A DNA stretch of 64,000 nt from NCBI GenBank assembly GCA_024137785.1, contig JAHRHZ010000061.1, positions 1,556,622 to 1,620,621 of the forward strand, in the 5' to 3' direction. This stretch comes from Ginglymostoma cirratum (taxonomy: Eukaryota). The translations under genes and the position numbers were made by a program. Every line of letters begins with the position of its first letter. The stretch's first letter is position 1. The notes beneath the pieces are model-generated. The model was not told the DNA's origin. It saw only the letters and a list, made by a program, of their open reading frames with translations, and did not search any database. Positions 1-12,100 of the stretch are shown here, piece after piece.

Positions 1-123
1 ATTTTCTTGTCTGAGAACCCACAAATGCTGCATTTCCTTTAGACTTATCATTCATTTTTACAGGCTATGGAGCCATTTTGCTTAAGCACTAATTGACATT
101 TGCTTCTTTGGCAGAGCTCTTAC

Positions 124-192
124 CGTTCATTTGCAAACTGCGTTGTAATTTTCTTCATTTCTTCATCCTTGCTCTGAAGTTGCTGGTTCACT
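124..192 (-). CDS. DZIP3: DZIP3 exon, coiled coil: VNQQLQSKDEEMKKITTQFANE(R)
   Basis: cctttag / gtaaga, 69 nt, phase 2-2; resembles human DZIP3 LQRQIHAKDNEIKNLKEQLSMKR. Confidence 0.85.
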
Positions 193-3100
193 CTAAAGGA
201 CACAAGTAAAAATGTTACCATAACTTAAGAGAAAGGAGGAGATGTAGACTGTAAGGCCCACTGAGACTACTTCACCTATTTATCCACAATGGTTGAAATT
301 CTACTTCAATTCAACTACCTACATACAAACATGCAAATTAGGAGCAGGAATATTTGGCCCCTCATACACATTTCACCAGTTGGTATGATCATGGCTGACC
401 CAGTTCTGGACTAAACTCCACTTCCCGACCCACTCCTGATACCCTTTGACTTTCTTGCTCATCCAAATCTCATCTCCCTCTGCTTAAAAGTAGTCAACAG
501 CCCTGTTTCCACTGCTTTCTGGGGATGAGAAATCTAGATAGATGATTTTATTTATGAGAATTCTATTTGTTCTGAAATTTCAGGACATCTCTCCCATCCC
601 AAGAATCAATCTAGTTAAGCCTGTTGTAGCCCTTCTGAGACAGCTTATTCTTCGTTAGAAAAGAAGACTGAGCTTGGAAAAATATGTGCAGATGTGGTCT
701 CCCAGAAGCATATGTAATTGCAGCAAGACTCTATTTCTTTTGTGAACGAGCACATTTGCAATAAAGATGAACATACTACTCGCCAGCTGTTCCTGCATGC
801 TAGTTTCCTTCGATTTGTATCTGAAAGACCCTACACCTCACAAAACCCCCTGAATATAACATTTCCTTTGAAGGCAGGTATTTCAGTTTCATTGCATTTC
901 CTTTACCATTTGCAAGACGGAAACAAGAATCAGATACTGCAACAGGGACTAACACAGGTTTTTGCATTGTATTCACACCAAATCTGTTAGCATATGCTGT
1001 CATCACTCTATAAACCTGACAGTAACTTAAGTCTGCACATAGGCAATGCAGAGCTTCAGAAACTGCTGTAAGTAATTCCTCACTCCTCCACTGAATGGAA
1101 CGTTGACGTTCTTGAGGATAGAAATCAATTCAACATTGCTGACATGACAAAAAGTCCCATTTTTTAAACTCCATTAATATCACTGTAAAATCCCTTGAAA
1201 ATGCTAAGGTTCATTAAATGGGGTTTAAAAGAGGGTTTGTAAATGTCTTTCAAAATCCAAATTATTCAAGAATCCTTTTGGGCCTGAAAAAAAGTATTAT
1301 ATTTGTGGAATGCAAATTTCTCCATTCCATTATTTTTTAAAAAATCATAAATTAATGAAGTTTTGAAAAAAAATTATGACATTTCAAATTTAACTTCATT
1401 CTATGCACATGTTCTAATCATTATTTCAGTTCCTACAAATTATATACAGTGAATGATAACATCTGCTCATTTCCTGTCTGCAAAAAATTTTCAAAGTGAT
1501 TGCCTGCTTACATGCTTGATATTATTGCAGTCACTAGTTTCCAAAGATGCCCTTTAGTGGGCACCAGAATAAAATTAATATCGGGAAATGTGAAATCCAC
1601 ATTACAGAGCTCATTAGAACTCGTCTGGACAACTTTCTTGGAGGTCAGTGGAAGCAGCATAAGTTCATCACTGACCACATAATTCAAGCTAATGTATTTT
1701 ATATCTTGATTTTGAGATCCACACTGTGCATATTCTATATTCAGACACACCTAGATATTTCTAGCTGATAATATTCTTGGAGTCTTGAATACTGGTTCTC
1801 TGCACGGATCCTTTGTTGCTGCTCTTCCTTGAGCTTGGTTATTAATTGGTCTAAATTCCTTAAGAGAGCCTGTAAAAAAGTGAGACAATTAAAACAGGTG
1901 CTGAAATAAAATATTTTGTTTAAGTCACAAATTCCTCCCTATCAACCGCAGGCAGTTATACCTGCAAAATTATCTGTTCATGGTCATTTTCCAACACAGA
2001 TGCATATAGTCTGTTTTAAGAAATTATAATCACACATTGGCAGGATTGGATGAATTACAGATTAACAACCTTTTGTTTAAAAAAGACTTACTTGGTTTTC
2101 ATTTTGTAATGCAAGTAACTTTTGTCTCATTTCCGATTTCTCTTTCACATTTTGCCATAGGTGCTCCTGTACACTAATGGTTCCGTCACCTACTGATGAG
2201 GAGGAATACAAATCCTATAAGAGAAAATCAAATAGCTTAACTTCTCTCAAGACTAAGTCAGCATTGGAACATTTGAACCTGTCGCTATACCTACACCTTT
2301 CCTAGTGACAAAAAAATTTTCTGTGGAGTCTCCCAGCAAAGTTTTGGGATCAATTATTAAGGAAGTCTTAACAATGCACTGAGAAATCATAGAATCATCA
2401 GACAAAATCAATTTGGTTTCACAATAGGGAAATCATATTTGACAAATTTATTAGAGGTTTTGAGAATGGAACGGCTAGGTCAAATAAAGTATATTCAAAT
2501 AAAATGATGTAAGGTGTATGATTTATATATATTTTAATGCCAGTTATTTTGGATTTTTGAATTTTGAACTAGTGGCATATAGGTTTCTGTGTGTCTAAAG
2601 GGGTTTTGTGATTAATTTGTAAGTAAGCCATGGTGATTTCTTTTAAAGCACAGCGTCAGTGAGAGATTTTGTGGAGAATAAAGAGGTTTTGCTTATATTG
2701 GGAGAATTAACAAGAGAATAAAGTAAGCAGTGTAGTTTATTAGAGCTTTTAATAGAAGATTCTGGAATTTTTGCAGGCTTAGTGGAAACGCTCATAGCTA
2801 GGCCAAAAAAAAAACTTTGGGGTTTCAACATGGCAAGTTTGCAGAAATTTTGGCTGATTACCTCAGTGAAAGGAGCTTATTTTATAAGTTTCAGACCAGA
2901 CATTTTTGGATGAAACTCTGAAAGGGTTATTTGAAGCTGAGAAAGTACAGGCTCAATTGTATTAAGGATCTTTAAATAGGCTATCAGATTCAAGACAGAT
3001 AAGTGAAGTCACAGTTAAATTAATCCCCATAGATTTGAAAGCGTAACGAATCAGTCTGGTATGAGTACAGTATAGAAGTATTTTTGGAATTAATAGGTTT

Positions 3101-6100
3101 CTATTTTACTATGTTTTTAAAATCTTAAAATTTCTATTTTATGTAATTAGTTTGCTTTATTCTATTTTATCTTAATTTCTTTTGAGTCATAAACTTCTGG
3201 TTTATTGGTAAACTTGAATCTGCAGTATTGCATGCTTATGGTTCAGTGAAAGGCCACCTGTTAAAAGCAAACAAAAATTCTATCAAGCCAAATTTCAATC
3301 TGGGATCTGTTAGTACAGTAATGAACATCAGCCATGATCATAACAGTATACTTGGATTACCAAAAGGATTCAATAAGGTGTTGCTAAGATGTGGAAAGAT
3401 ATACGCTTCTGCAGTTATGGCTAATATATATTAGCATGGATAAAAGATTTGCTAAAAGGCAGGAGGCAAATTGTAATGATCACTGGAACATTTTCGCAGA
3501 TGGTATCCAATGGATTGCTGCAAGGATTGGTGCTGGAACCTCAGCTATTTATAGTATATATCAACGACTTGGACAAAGAGAAAGAGAATAATGCATCTAG
3601 ATTTGCTGACCATACAAAGCTCAGTGGAAATATGGACTATGAGGATTACACAGACAGTCTCCAAAGAAGCGTAAACAGCTTTAGTGAGTAAGAAATAGGT
3701 GGCAAGGGAATAAATCTGTGCAAGTGTGAGAGTACTCATTTTCTCATAAGGTTAGAAAAGCAGAATTTTTTTAAAGCATGTGAAACTTGATGTTCAGAAA
3801 GACTTGGATTTGCTCATGTGAGGGACACAAAGTTAGCATGAATGTACAGCAAGCATTAGGGAAAGAAATCACACCTGGGCCTGAATTGCAAGAGAAAGCT
3901 GTACAGAAGCTGTACAGAAGGAAGTATTGCTACAATGTACAAAGGCTTTGGTGAGACTACATCTGAAACTGAGTGCAGTTTCAGTCTTAATATGTAAAGA
4001 CATGCTTACACGGAAGGCAGTACAGTAAGGTTTACTAGATTAGTTCCTGGGATGACAGGGTTCTTCCATGAAGGGTGATTTCAATGAAACATGTGAGATT
4101 TATGAAGGAACTTGACAGGACAGACACCGAGGGGGCAATTCCTCTGGCAGGGGAATTTAAAATACAGTGACAGTGTCAGGATGTATGGCTTATCATTTAG
4201 GACTGAGATGAGGAGAAATTTCTTCACACAGAAGATTATGTATCTTTGGAATTCTCTACTTGAGAGGGTCATTGAAACAACTGCACAGAGGCTGGTATCC
4301 CGTCATCAAGTCACTCTTTATTCATGTGTGCACAGTACACCTGCTGTGGCTATCCAGCTCAGAGTCAGTCCCTGAACTGTGGAGATTCTGAATCCCCTGG
4401 TTATGTTGGTCAGCCAGGGTTTCCTGATTGGCCCAGGTTAACAGCCCCAGTCAAGGTTCAGTCAACAAGATCTACCTGGTTCTCGCCCCACCACCCCAAG
4501 TCTGGGATGTAGGCCTGGTCTTTCCCTGCAACATTTTCGCTCCAGGTCTGGTTCCTCTGACATGGATGGTGTGTACTGGACCGTAACCCGTCTCTTGCGC
4601 CCAAAGCATCTCGGGGAGTTTCGTCCTCTTCTTCTGGAGCTAATGGTATCGGCCTCTGAGGTTTCCTCAACACCAGAAGGAGGGGGAGAACCTACAGTTT
4701 CTGACAGGACTTCCGGCTGTTCTGAGGGGCCAAGTGTGTTTTGTTCCTGCTCCATTTGCAAGGGAGCAGATTTCAGATGATCCACGTTTGTTTAGGACTG
4801 CCTCACGACCCGAAGTTTGTAAGTCATAGGACCTGACCTCTTAAACCTCGCCTCGGACCCAAACAGGGCCATTTCCATGGTTCCGGCACCAAACTTCTTC
4901 CCCTGAAATGAACTGTCTCTCACTTAGAGGAAGCATGTAGCCGGCACTGGCATTCCTGCAGCTGTTTCAGGTGTGAATGCTTTATTTTAACTATATGCAA
5001 GGCTGGGAGAAACAGATTTTGGCTTCTCTGAGAATCAAAGGATCTGGAGAGCAGGTGAGAAGTGGAGTTGAAGCCAAAGATCAGCCATGATCGTACTGAC
5101 TGGGAGAGAAACGTTGATAAGCTGTACAGTCCATTCCTGTTCCTACTCCTTACGTTCTTCTATTAGTGATAGGTATAAAGATTGGAAGGTGAATGCAGAC
5201 TAATCAAAGCCAAACTAAGTTAAAACTGTCTCAAACACTATTTGCTTAATTTTCATAACAAAGTCAACATGCATTCTTCTATGCCAGAAGACATTCACCT
5301 TGATCCAAAGCAATTTTGATGTTTGAGTGTCAAACTCCTATTTAAGTTCACCGTTACCAAATATCAGGCCTATGTAATAAATTTTTAAAAATATATTTGC
5401 AAAAGATCACAGATTCAAACTTACTGATGAGGTACATACTGAGGAACTGGTGGACTCCTCATCAATGACAGTATTTTCAATGTCATCCAGCTCTCCGTCA
5501 CTTTGATAAGTTTGGTCAGGTAAGTCATCAAGTTTGTTGACGTCATGACTTGTTAGAAAGGGACCAGCATTACTGTTGTTAGGCATAGTACCAAATGCAA
5601 GTTGCGATGAAGCAGCTATGCTGGCACTAAATGTAGACACATCACAGCTGGAATTTGCCACTTGCTTCTTGCTTCTGCTATCATCCACCTGGTTCTCTTG
5701 CACCGGAATTGATAGGGTCTCACTGTTACAAATAAAACTCAGTTAAGTTTTCCTAACAAGTTTACTGATAATTAAAAATGAGGATAAATTACAGCTAAAG
5801 ACTTGCACTTTTCTTGGACAATCAAATACTCACTTTTATTCACAAAGGTTCTCTTTGTCTCCCATTACTTCCCACAACTTTGTTGATTTCTTTGCATAAA
5901 AACAATATGCGCTTATCCCAAGAGTACTGAACCACAGAGTGAAAAATAGACCATTGGGCTTTCTTTCCAGGTATAACAAAGAATAAAGAACACTACAGCA
6001 CACAAACAGGCTCTTTGACCCACAAAGACTGCGCCGATTACACTTTTCTGAACTAGAAACCTTTTGCGTTTACAAAGACCGTATCTCTCTATTCCCTGCC

Positions 6101-9100
6101 TACTCCCACATCTATCAAGCTTAAAATATGATAGTGGTTTAAAGTTAAATATTTCCAGAAATATAAGAACTTGAGAGCTTCATGTAGTACCTAACATTTT
6201 AAAACCAGATCTTAACACTATATTCAAACTTTAAGTGCTGGAATCATTCAAATAAGTTCATACCTGTGAACTCTCTTCAATAATCAACACTCATTTGAAA
6301 ATAGGGATCGCAATACTGGTCTGTTTCCCAGGGTTTGATCTGTGTCTTCCAAATGGTAAGGCACCAGCAGACATACACATATTTCTGACTGGAAGAAAGC
6401 AAGCAACTGCAGATTCTGGAATTCTGAAATAAAGACAGAAATCACTGGAGAAACTCAGCAGGCTTGGCAGCCTCTGAGGAGAGCATGCAGATTTAATGTT
6501 TCAGCTCCAGTGATTCTTAGGGGCTTGAAATGTAAACCCTTCTTTCTCTCCAAAGAAGCTTCCAGGCCTGCTGAGTTCCTCCAGAAATTTCTCTTTTTAT
6601 TTCAGACTGGAAATGCGCTGAAAGTGATAGAGAAGGGAAACAAGATGTATCCTTTATCCACATCTCCACAGCTCCAATCCTGACTATGTTGCTCATTGCC
6701 AGCCAATATTATTTGCTTCCCTGAACTATAGATCTCTACTTCCACTACTCCCCATCCTGCCTGCGCCTTTCCTATGTTAATGGGGTCAGAAGCCCAATAC
6801 CTGATAGTCCTTAGATCATCATATTCAAGTGCAGGGCAGGTATTCTGCATGGGGTTGTGCTGAAAAATTATCATCCAATTTCTCAGCAATAATAAGGTAT
6901 AGGCAACCAATGCTAACCTTACCAGCGATGCTCAAATCCCTCAAATGAATTTAAAGAATATGTAGTCCAAATTTTACAATATTTTAACTGGATGTCAACA
7001 TTACAATAGAATCATTAGACTGCATTTTACAGAGGGTGACTATTTGTCCCCTGGAAGGAAAGTTAGCCAGAAGGTCACTAGTTCCACATCTTGTGATGCA
7101 TCAGCATAAACGGTCTCATATAGACACAACATTGATATGAACAGGATATAGAAGCAAAGTAATTATGTCAAAATCTGGCCAAAATATAATTGAGTTTAAT
7201 CTAAATGCAGATAAATACGCTTATACATGAAGGGAAGAAACTGAAAATAAATTAAATTGCCAATTAAGTCCCCATTTGAAAATATTAAGTCTATTAAACA
7301 GGAACCTTACCATTGATGAGATGTTATATCCTGAGTTATATTGTGATTATCTTCAGTTGTTTGAGCCTGAAAAGAAAGAACTTAGTTTCAGAAAATTTCA
7401 TTCACACACCTTTGCCTTACTTTCCATCAAAGTAATGATTACACATTTTGAATGAAGTCTGTGTTGACATCAGGGAAAACAGCAGACCGACATACTTCTT
7501 TGTCTGTAGGTTGTAGCAAATAGATTAGAGCAGACTAGATTTAAGTGATGATGCGTTCATATGTTTCATTACAGAGCTTTTGTCTCTCCAGGCCATTAAG
7601 ATGGCCTGTTGTTCAATCATTACCAACTCTCCAGAATCGCTGTACATACTCCTTGTTTATCTTTTTCCAACTGCTTGATGCTTCCGACCACAAACCACAT
7701 TGTCAAGTTAAGACTCTACAGAAACACTTGTGACCAACTGGTTTGCCCAGCACTGAAGCTACACAGGCTCACTTGGCTTTCCCCAAGCTGCATCACAGGC
7801 TGCTACCAACACCATGTGGAATTCACACCAATATGGGTGCACACAAGTGTACTGTTCTACACTCAAACATGCTGAAATAATGCTATGCATCATAAAGCAG
7901 AGGGCAATCCCCCTCTGATAACTAAAACCGAAACACCCAGAGTGGCTCGCCTCGCCTCGCCCTATAATCTGTTAAAAGAAGTGTGAAAAATGGCATAACC
8001 TGCCTCTCACCCTCAATCTGTTATAAAGGAGTGGTTAAATGAAATAAACTCCTGATGCTCACTCTGTAATCAACAAGTAACAATTAATTTATCTAACCCT
8101 AACAGAGAGCAAATTACCTGAACTATTAACAAACCAAACAATTCCCCCTGAACAACCAACCACTGCCGAATAAAACAAGATTCTAATGGTATGCTGTTCC
8201 AATAAATAGAAGTTCCACTATGAAAGCGAAAATAAAAGAAATTAGAACCTAGTCCCTCAAAACTACAGCCAGGTTATGTCTTCCAGAATGTTCTGTGTCT
8301 TCTCCAACAAATTCTTCTGTCAAGAACGCCTTGCCCTTTTAATTTTTGCATCAAGAATATTAGCTAAGAGTGCCGCCATACCTTTATTTTAGATGGAGCT
8401 TATTCTAAGGCTTAGAGAATTCTGTGAGATCCAGAGACTCTTTCTTTTAGAGCTGATAGCTGTTCTCATGGCAGATGACAGTTGGCTCTCACACGATTTT
8501 CCAAATGACCTCATCTTTTATACCTTTGATGACATATCAATTTTTTACAATAGGATTGGTCCTATCTTGCCAAAACCATCAGATATAAATTTAATTGGTT
8601 TTTGGTAGCTAAGGGCCTGGATTAAATTAATTGGCTAAATTTTAAAACCTGTTGTCTTGGTAAAATTATTGCTTTGCCAGCTAACAGTATAGCCTTTTGA
8701 CACAAATGTTTCAATTTAGGTGCTCTGTGTACCTGCAAACCCACACCAGCCAAGAAAAACACATCATCTTTTAACGGGACCATACACTCTTCCTCAATCA
8801 TTTTACAGACACCAAATTCTAACATCCTGCCTTCCAATCCACAAATATTCTGCCCAACTTCACAACATTTGCTAGTGTCACTTAATTTAAATCATTGAGA
8901 TGACACCTGGATTGCAAATGTAAAGAAACAAAATGGGACCTCATTGATGTCATTTCATGGATAAGGTTCCCTGATTGCATGTTAGTAAAATTTTATGAAA
9001 CTGTTTCTGTTGAAACATGGCTGGGTGGCATGGTGGCTCAGTGGTTAGCACTGTTGCCTTACAGTGTCAGGGATTCAGGTTCAATTCCAGCCTTGGGAAA

Positions 9101-12100
9101 ATGTCTGTGTAGAGATTGCACATTCTCCCCATTAATGTGTGGGTTTCCAGCAGGTGCTCTGGTTTCCTCCCACAGTCTAAAAATGTGCAGATTAGGTGGA
9201 TTGGCCAGCCTAAATTGCCTGTAGTGTCCAGGAATGTGTAGGTTAGATGGATTAGCCATTGGAAATTCAGGGTTACAGGATGGGGGTGGGGTGGTGAGTT
9301 GGTGTGGACTTGTTGGGCTGAATGGTCTGTTTCCACACAGTATGGATTCAATGATTAACATATGATTTATTTTTGGAATCATTTTGGTACATTTATCAGC
9401 ATGTGTTGCTGCATTCTCCCAGGGATTGTACAGGAAATAGGTGACCTGTTCATGAAAGGGCTTCAACAGGTACAGGGCGGAGTCAACCTTCTGAGAAAGG
9501 GTCATCGGACCCGAAACACTAACTCTGTTTTCTCCTTCACAGCTGCCGCCAGACCTGCTGAGTTTCTCCTGCAACTTTGTTTTTGTTACTCATGTGAAAA
9601 AGTTATTTAAGAAGGCACATTATTTGTTTTTGAATGCTGCATCCTGACCTGTATTTTGAATGTCAATGAAATATATAAATACATAAATACATCATTTAAA
9701 TGTCTACTCTGAATTGCGATTGTGATTTTTAGTTCAGAAAACACTTCTTTAACTCAGCCAATCGATAAGGCAGCTTACCTTTTTACCTTTAGACTTTTTC
9801 TTTTTCTTCTTAGACTTAGTTTTGGCTTTAGATACCTACAATGAAACCGAAAGAAAATGACCAACGAGTGACATGTAGCCTTTACCGAAAATGTTTCACC
9901 AACTTTCGGTTCAAAATTGCGGACCAATGGGACAACATTTTATATAGATGGGTAATGCAAATTTGCGCATGGCGATCTTGTTAACAATTTCTTTTACATA
10001 TAAGACCATAACATATCGGAACAGAATTAGGCCACTTTGTCCATACAGTCTGTTTCTGCCATTCGCTCATGCCTGATATATTTCTTAACCTCATTCTCCA
10101 GCCCTCTTCCATAACCTTTGATCCCCCTACTAATGGAGAAGCTATTTTCTCAGTCTTAAATACTCTCAATGACTTGGCCTCCACAGTCTTCTATGGCAAT
10201 GAGTTCCAAAAATACATCATCCTCTGGTTGAAGAAATCCCTCCTCATCGCAGTTCTAAAAGTTCAACCCTTCACTCCGAGGCTGTGCCCTCATGTCCTAG
10301 TCCCTCCTTCTGGAAACATTTTCTCCATGCCACTCTATCCAGGCCTCTCAGTATTATGTAAGTTTCAATGAAATCCCCCCGCGTCCTTCCAAACTCCAAG
10401 TACCCAGAGTCCTCAACAATCCTCATATGATAAGCCCTTCATTCCCAGGATAATCCTTGTCTTCCTCCTCCAAGGCCTGCACATCCTTTCTTAGATACGG
10501 GGCCCAAAACAGCTCACAATATTCCAAAGGCAGTCTGACCACAGCCTTATACAGCCTCAGCTGTACATCTCTGCTGTTGTATGCTAGCCCTCTTCAAATG
10601 AATGCTAACATTGCATTGCCTTCTTAACTGCCGCTTGAGCCTGCATGTTAACCTGCACGTACCTGCCAATTTCAAGTTGCGCTACAAGCTCAATTACCTT
10701 GTTTTGTATACTGTGCACGCTTAACTGGAATCATGTCTACCTTATTTCCAAAAATTTACATCTCATTAACCGTCCAGCTCATTTATATACTACTTTGAAT
10801 TCACCTCTTCATCCCAAAAAATTGGATGATGCAAATTCAGAGCATGTACCTGGAGGCTGCAGCTTTCCACTTGTTGTCCCTACAATCACCCAACTCTATC
10901 TTCACCACAGTGTCACTGCATGCTCCATACAACCATGTGGGAAGACTGTCCTGCAGTCAGCATCACAGTGAAGCAGTCTGGGAAGGGTGTCCTGCAATCA
11001 GCATCATGGTGAAGCAGTCAGAGAACAGTGTCTTGCAGTGAACATCAGTAAAGCAGTTGGGGCAAGCGTCCTTCAGTCAGTACCATGGTGAAGCAGTCTG
11101 GGGAGAGGGTCCTGCAGTGAACATCATGGTGAAACAGTCTGGGAAGCATGTCCTGCCGTTAGCACCACGATGAAACAGCCTGGGAAGGGTGTCCTGCAGT
11201 CAGCATTGTGATGACTCAGCCTGGGAAGGGTGTCCTGCAGTTGGCATCGTGATGAAACAGTCTGGGAAGTGTGTCCTGTAGTCAGTTCTTGTTAGAAAAC
11301 GAAGAGTGGCATCACTGTAAAACTTTAAGTTCATTGGCTGAAGTGTTGAATTTTGGGAGATTACCTGAAGAGTTGGGGAGATTACTTACTTGAGCAGTTG
11401 GAGAAACAATGAGATGGGTGGAGAAGCAGCATGGAGCAAGATTATATAAATAAGGGAAAGACTCAAGGCCTACGTCATGCACCTTGTCCGTTGGGGAAGT
11501 ATTGGGATCTGTGAGGGAGCAGTGTGAAGCAGAATTATACACATTACTGAATTTGGGAGTCGAGGAGGTAGTGGAATTTGCGAGGGAGCTTCTCAGGGGA
11601 TAGCAGTAAAAGAATTACAGTTCAGTTCACCTGATATTGGTAGTGAGGGAAATGCTAGAGTCTATTATAAATGATAACAGAACATTTGGAAAGCATCAAT
11701 GGGATTGATCAAAGCCACATGAGTTGTGAAAGCCAAATATACAAATATACTGAGATAACAAGGTGTACAGCTGCATCAACACAGCAGGCCAAGCAGCATC
11801 AAGAGGAGAAGAAAGCTGACGTTTCGGGTCTAGACCCTTTAACAAATATACTGTAGTTTTTTGAGGGTATATCTAATAGACTAGATAAATGAAAACGAGT
11901 GGATATAGTATAATAAATTTTCAAAAGGCTTTTAATAAGGTTCCTTTACGTTAACTTATACAATCATACAGTACAGGAGCAGGCCCTTCGGTCCAACTTG
12001 TCCATGCTGACCAATTTTCCCAAACTAAAGTGTTTGGCCCATATCCATCTAAACCTTTGCTATTCATTATAACTATCCAAATGTCTTTTAAATGTTAAAT

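Larger units (their letters stand above)
2340..5160 (+). mobile_element. Degraded CR1/HER1 LINE 3' part, interrupted by two LTR-type insertions
   Basis: RT motifs GLVLEPQLFIVYINDLD, RFADHTKL, RTEMRRNFFTQ and a CR1-type 3' UTR. Confidence 0.8.

Noticed and set aside
9023-9100. tRNA gene (also at the other SINE heads)
   Set aside because: The A/B boxes continue into HE1 V-domain and LINE-like tail, so these are SINE heads.
9059-9574. 171-aa ORF
   Set aside because: Chance read-through of an HE1 SINE and a Penelope terminus.
10938-11285. CRISPR-like array
   Set aside because: Whole units repeat head-to-tail with no unique spacers, there are no cas genes, and the context is eukaryotic.
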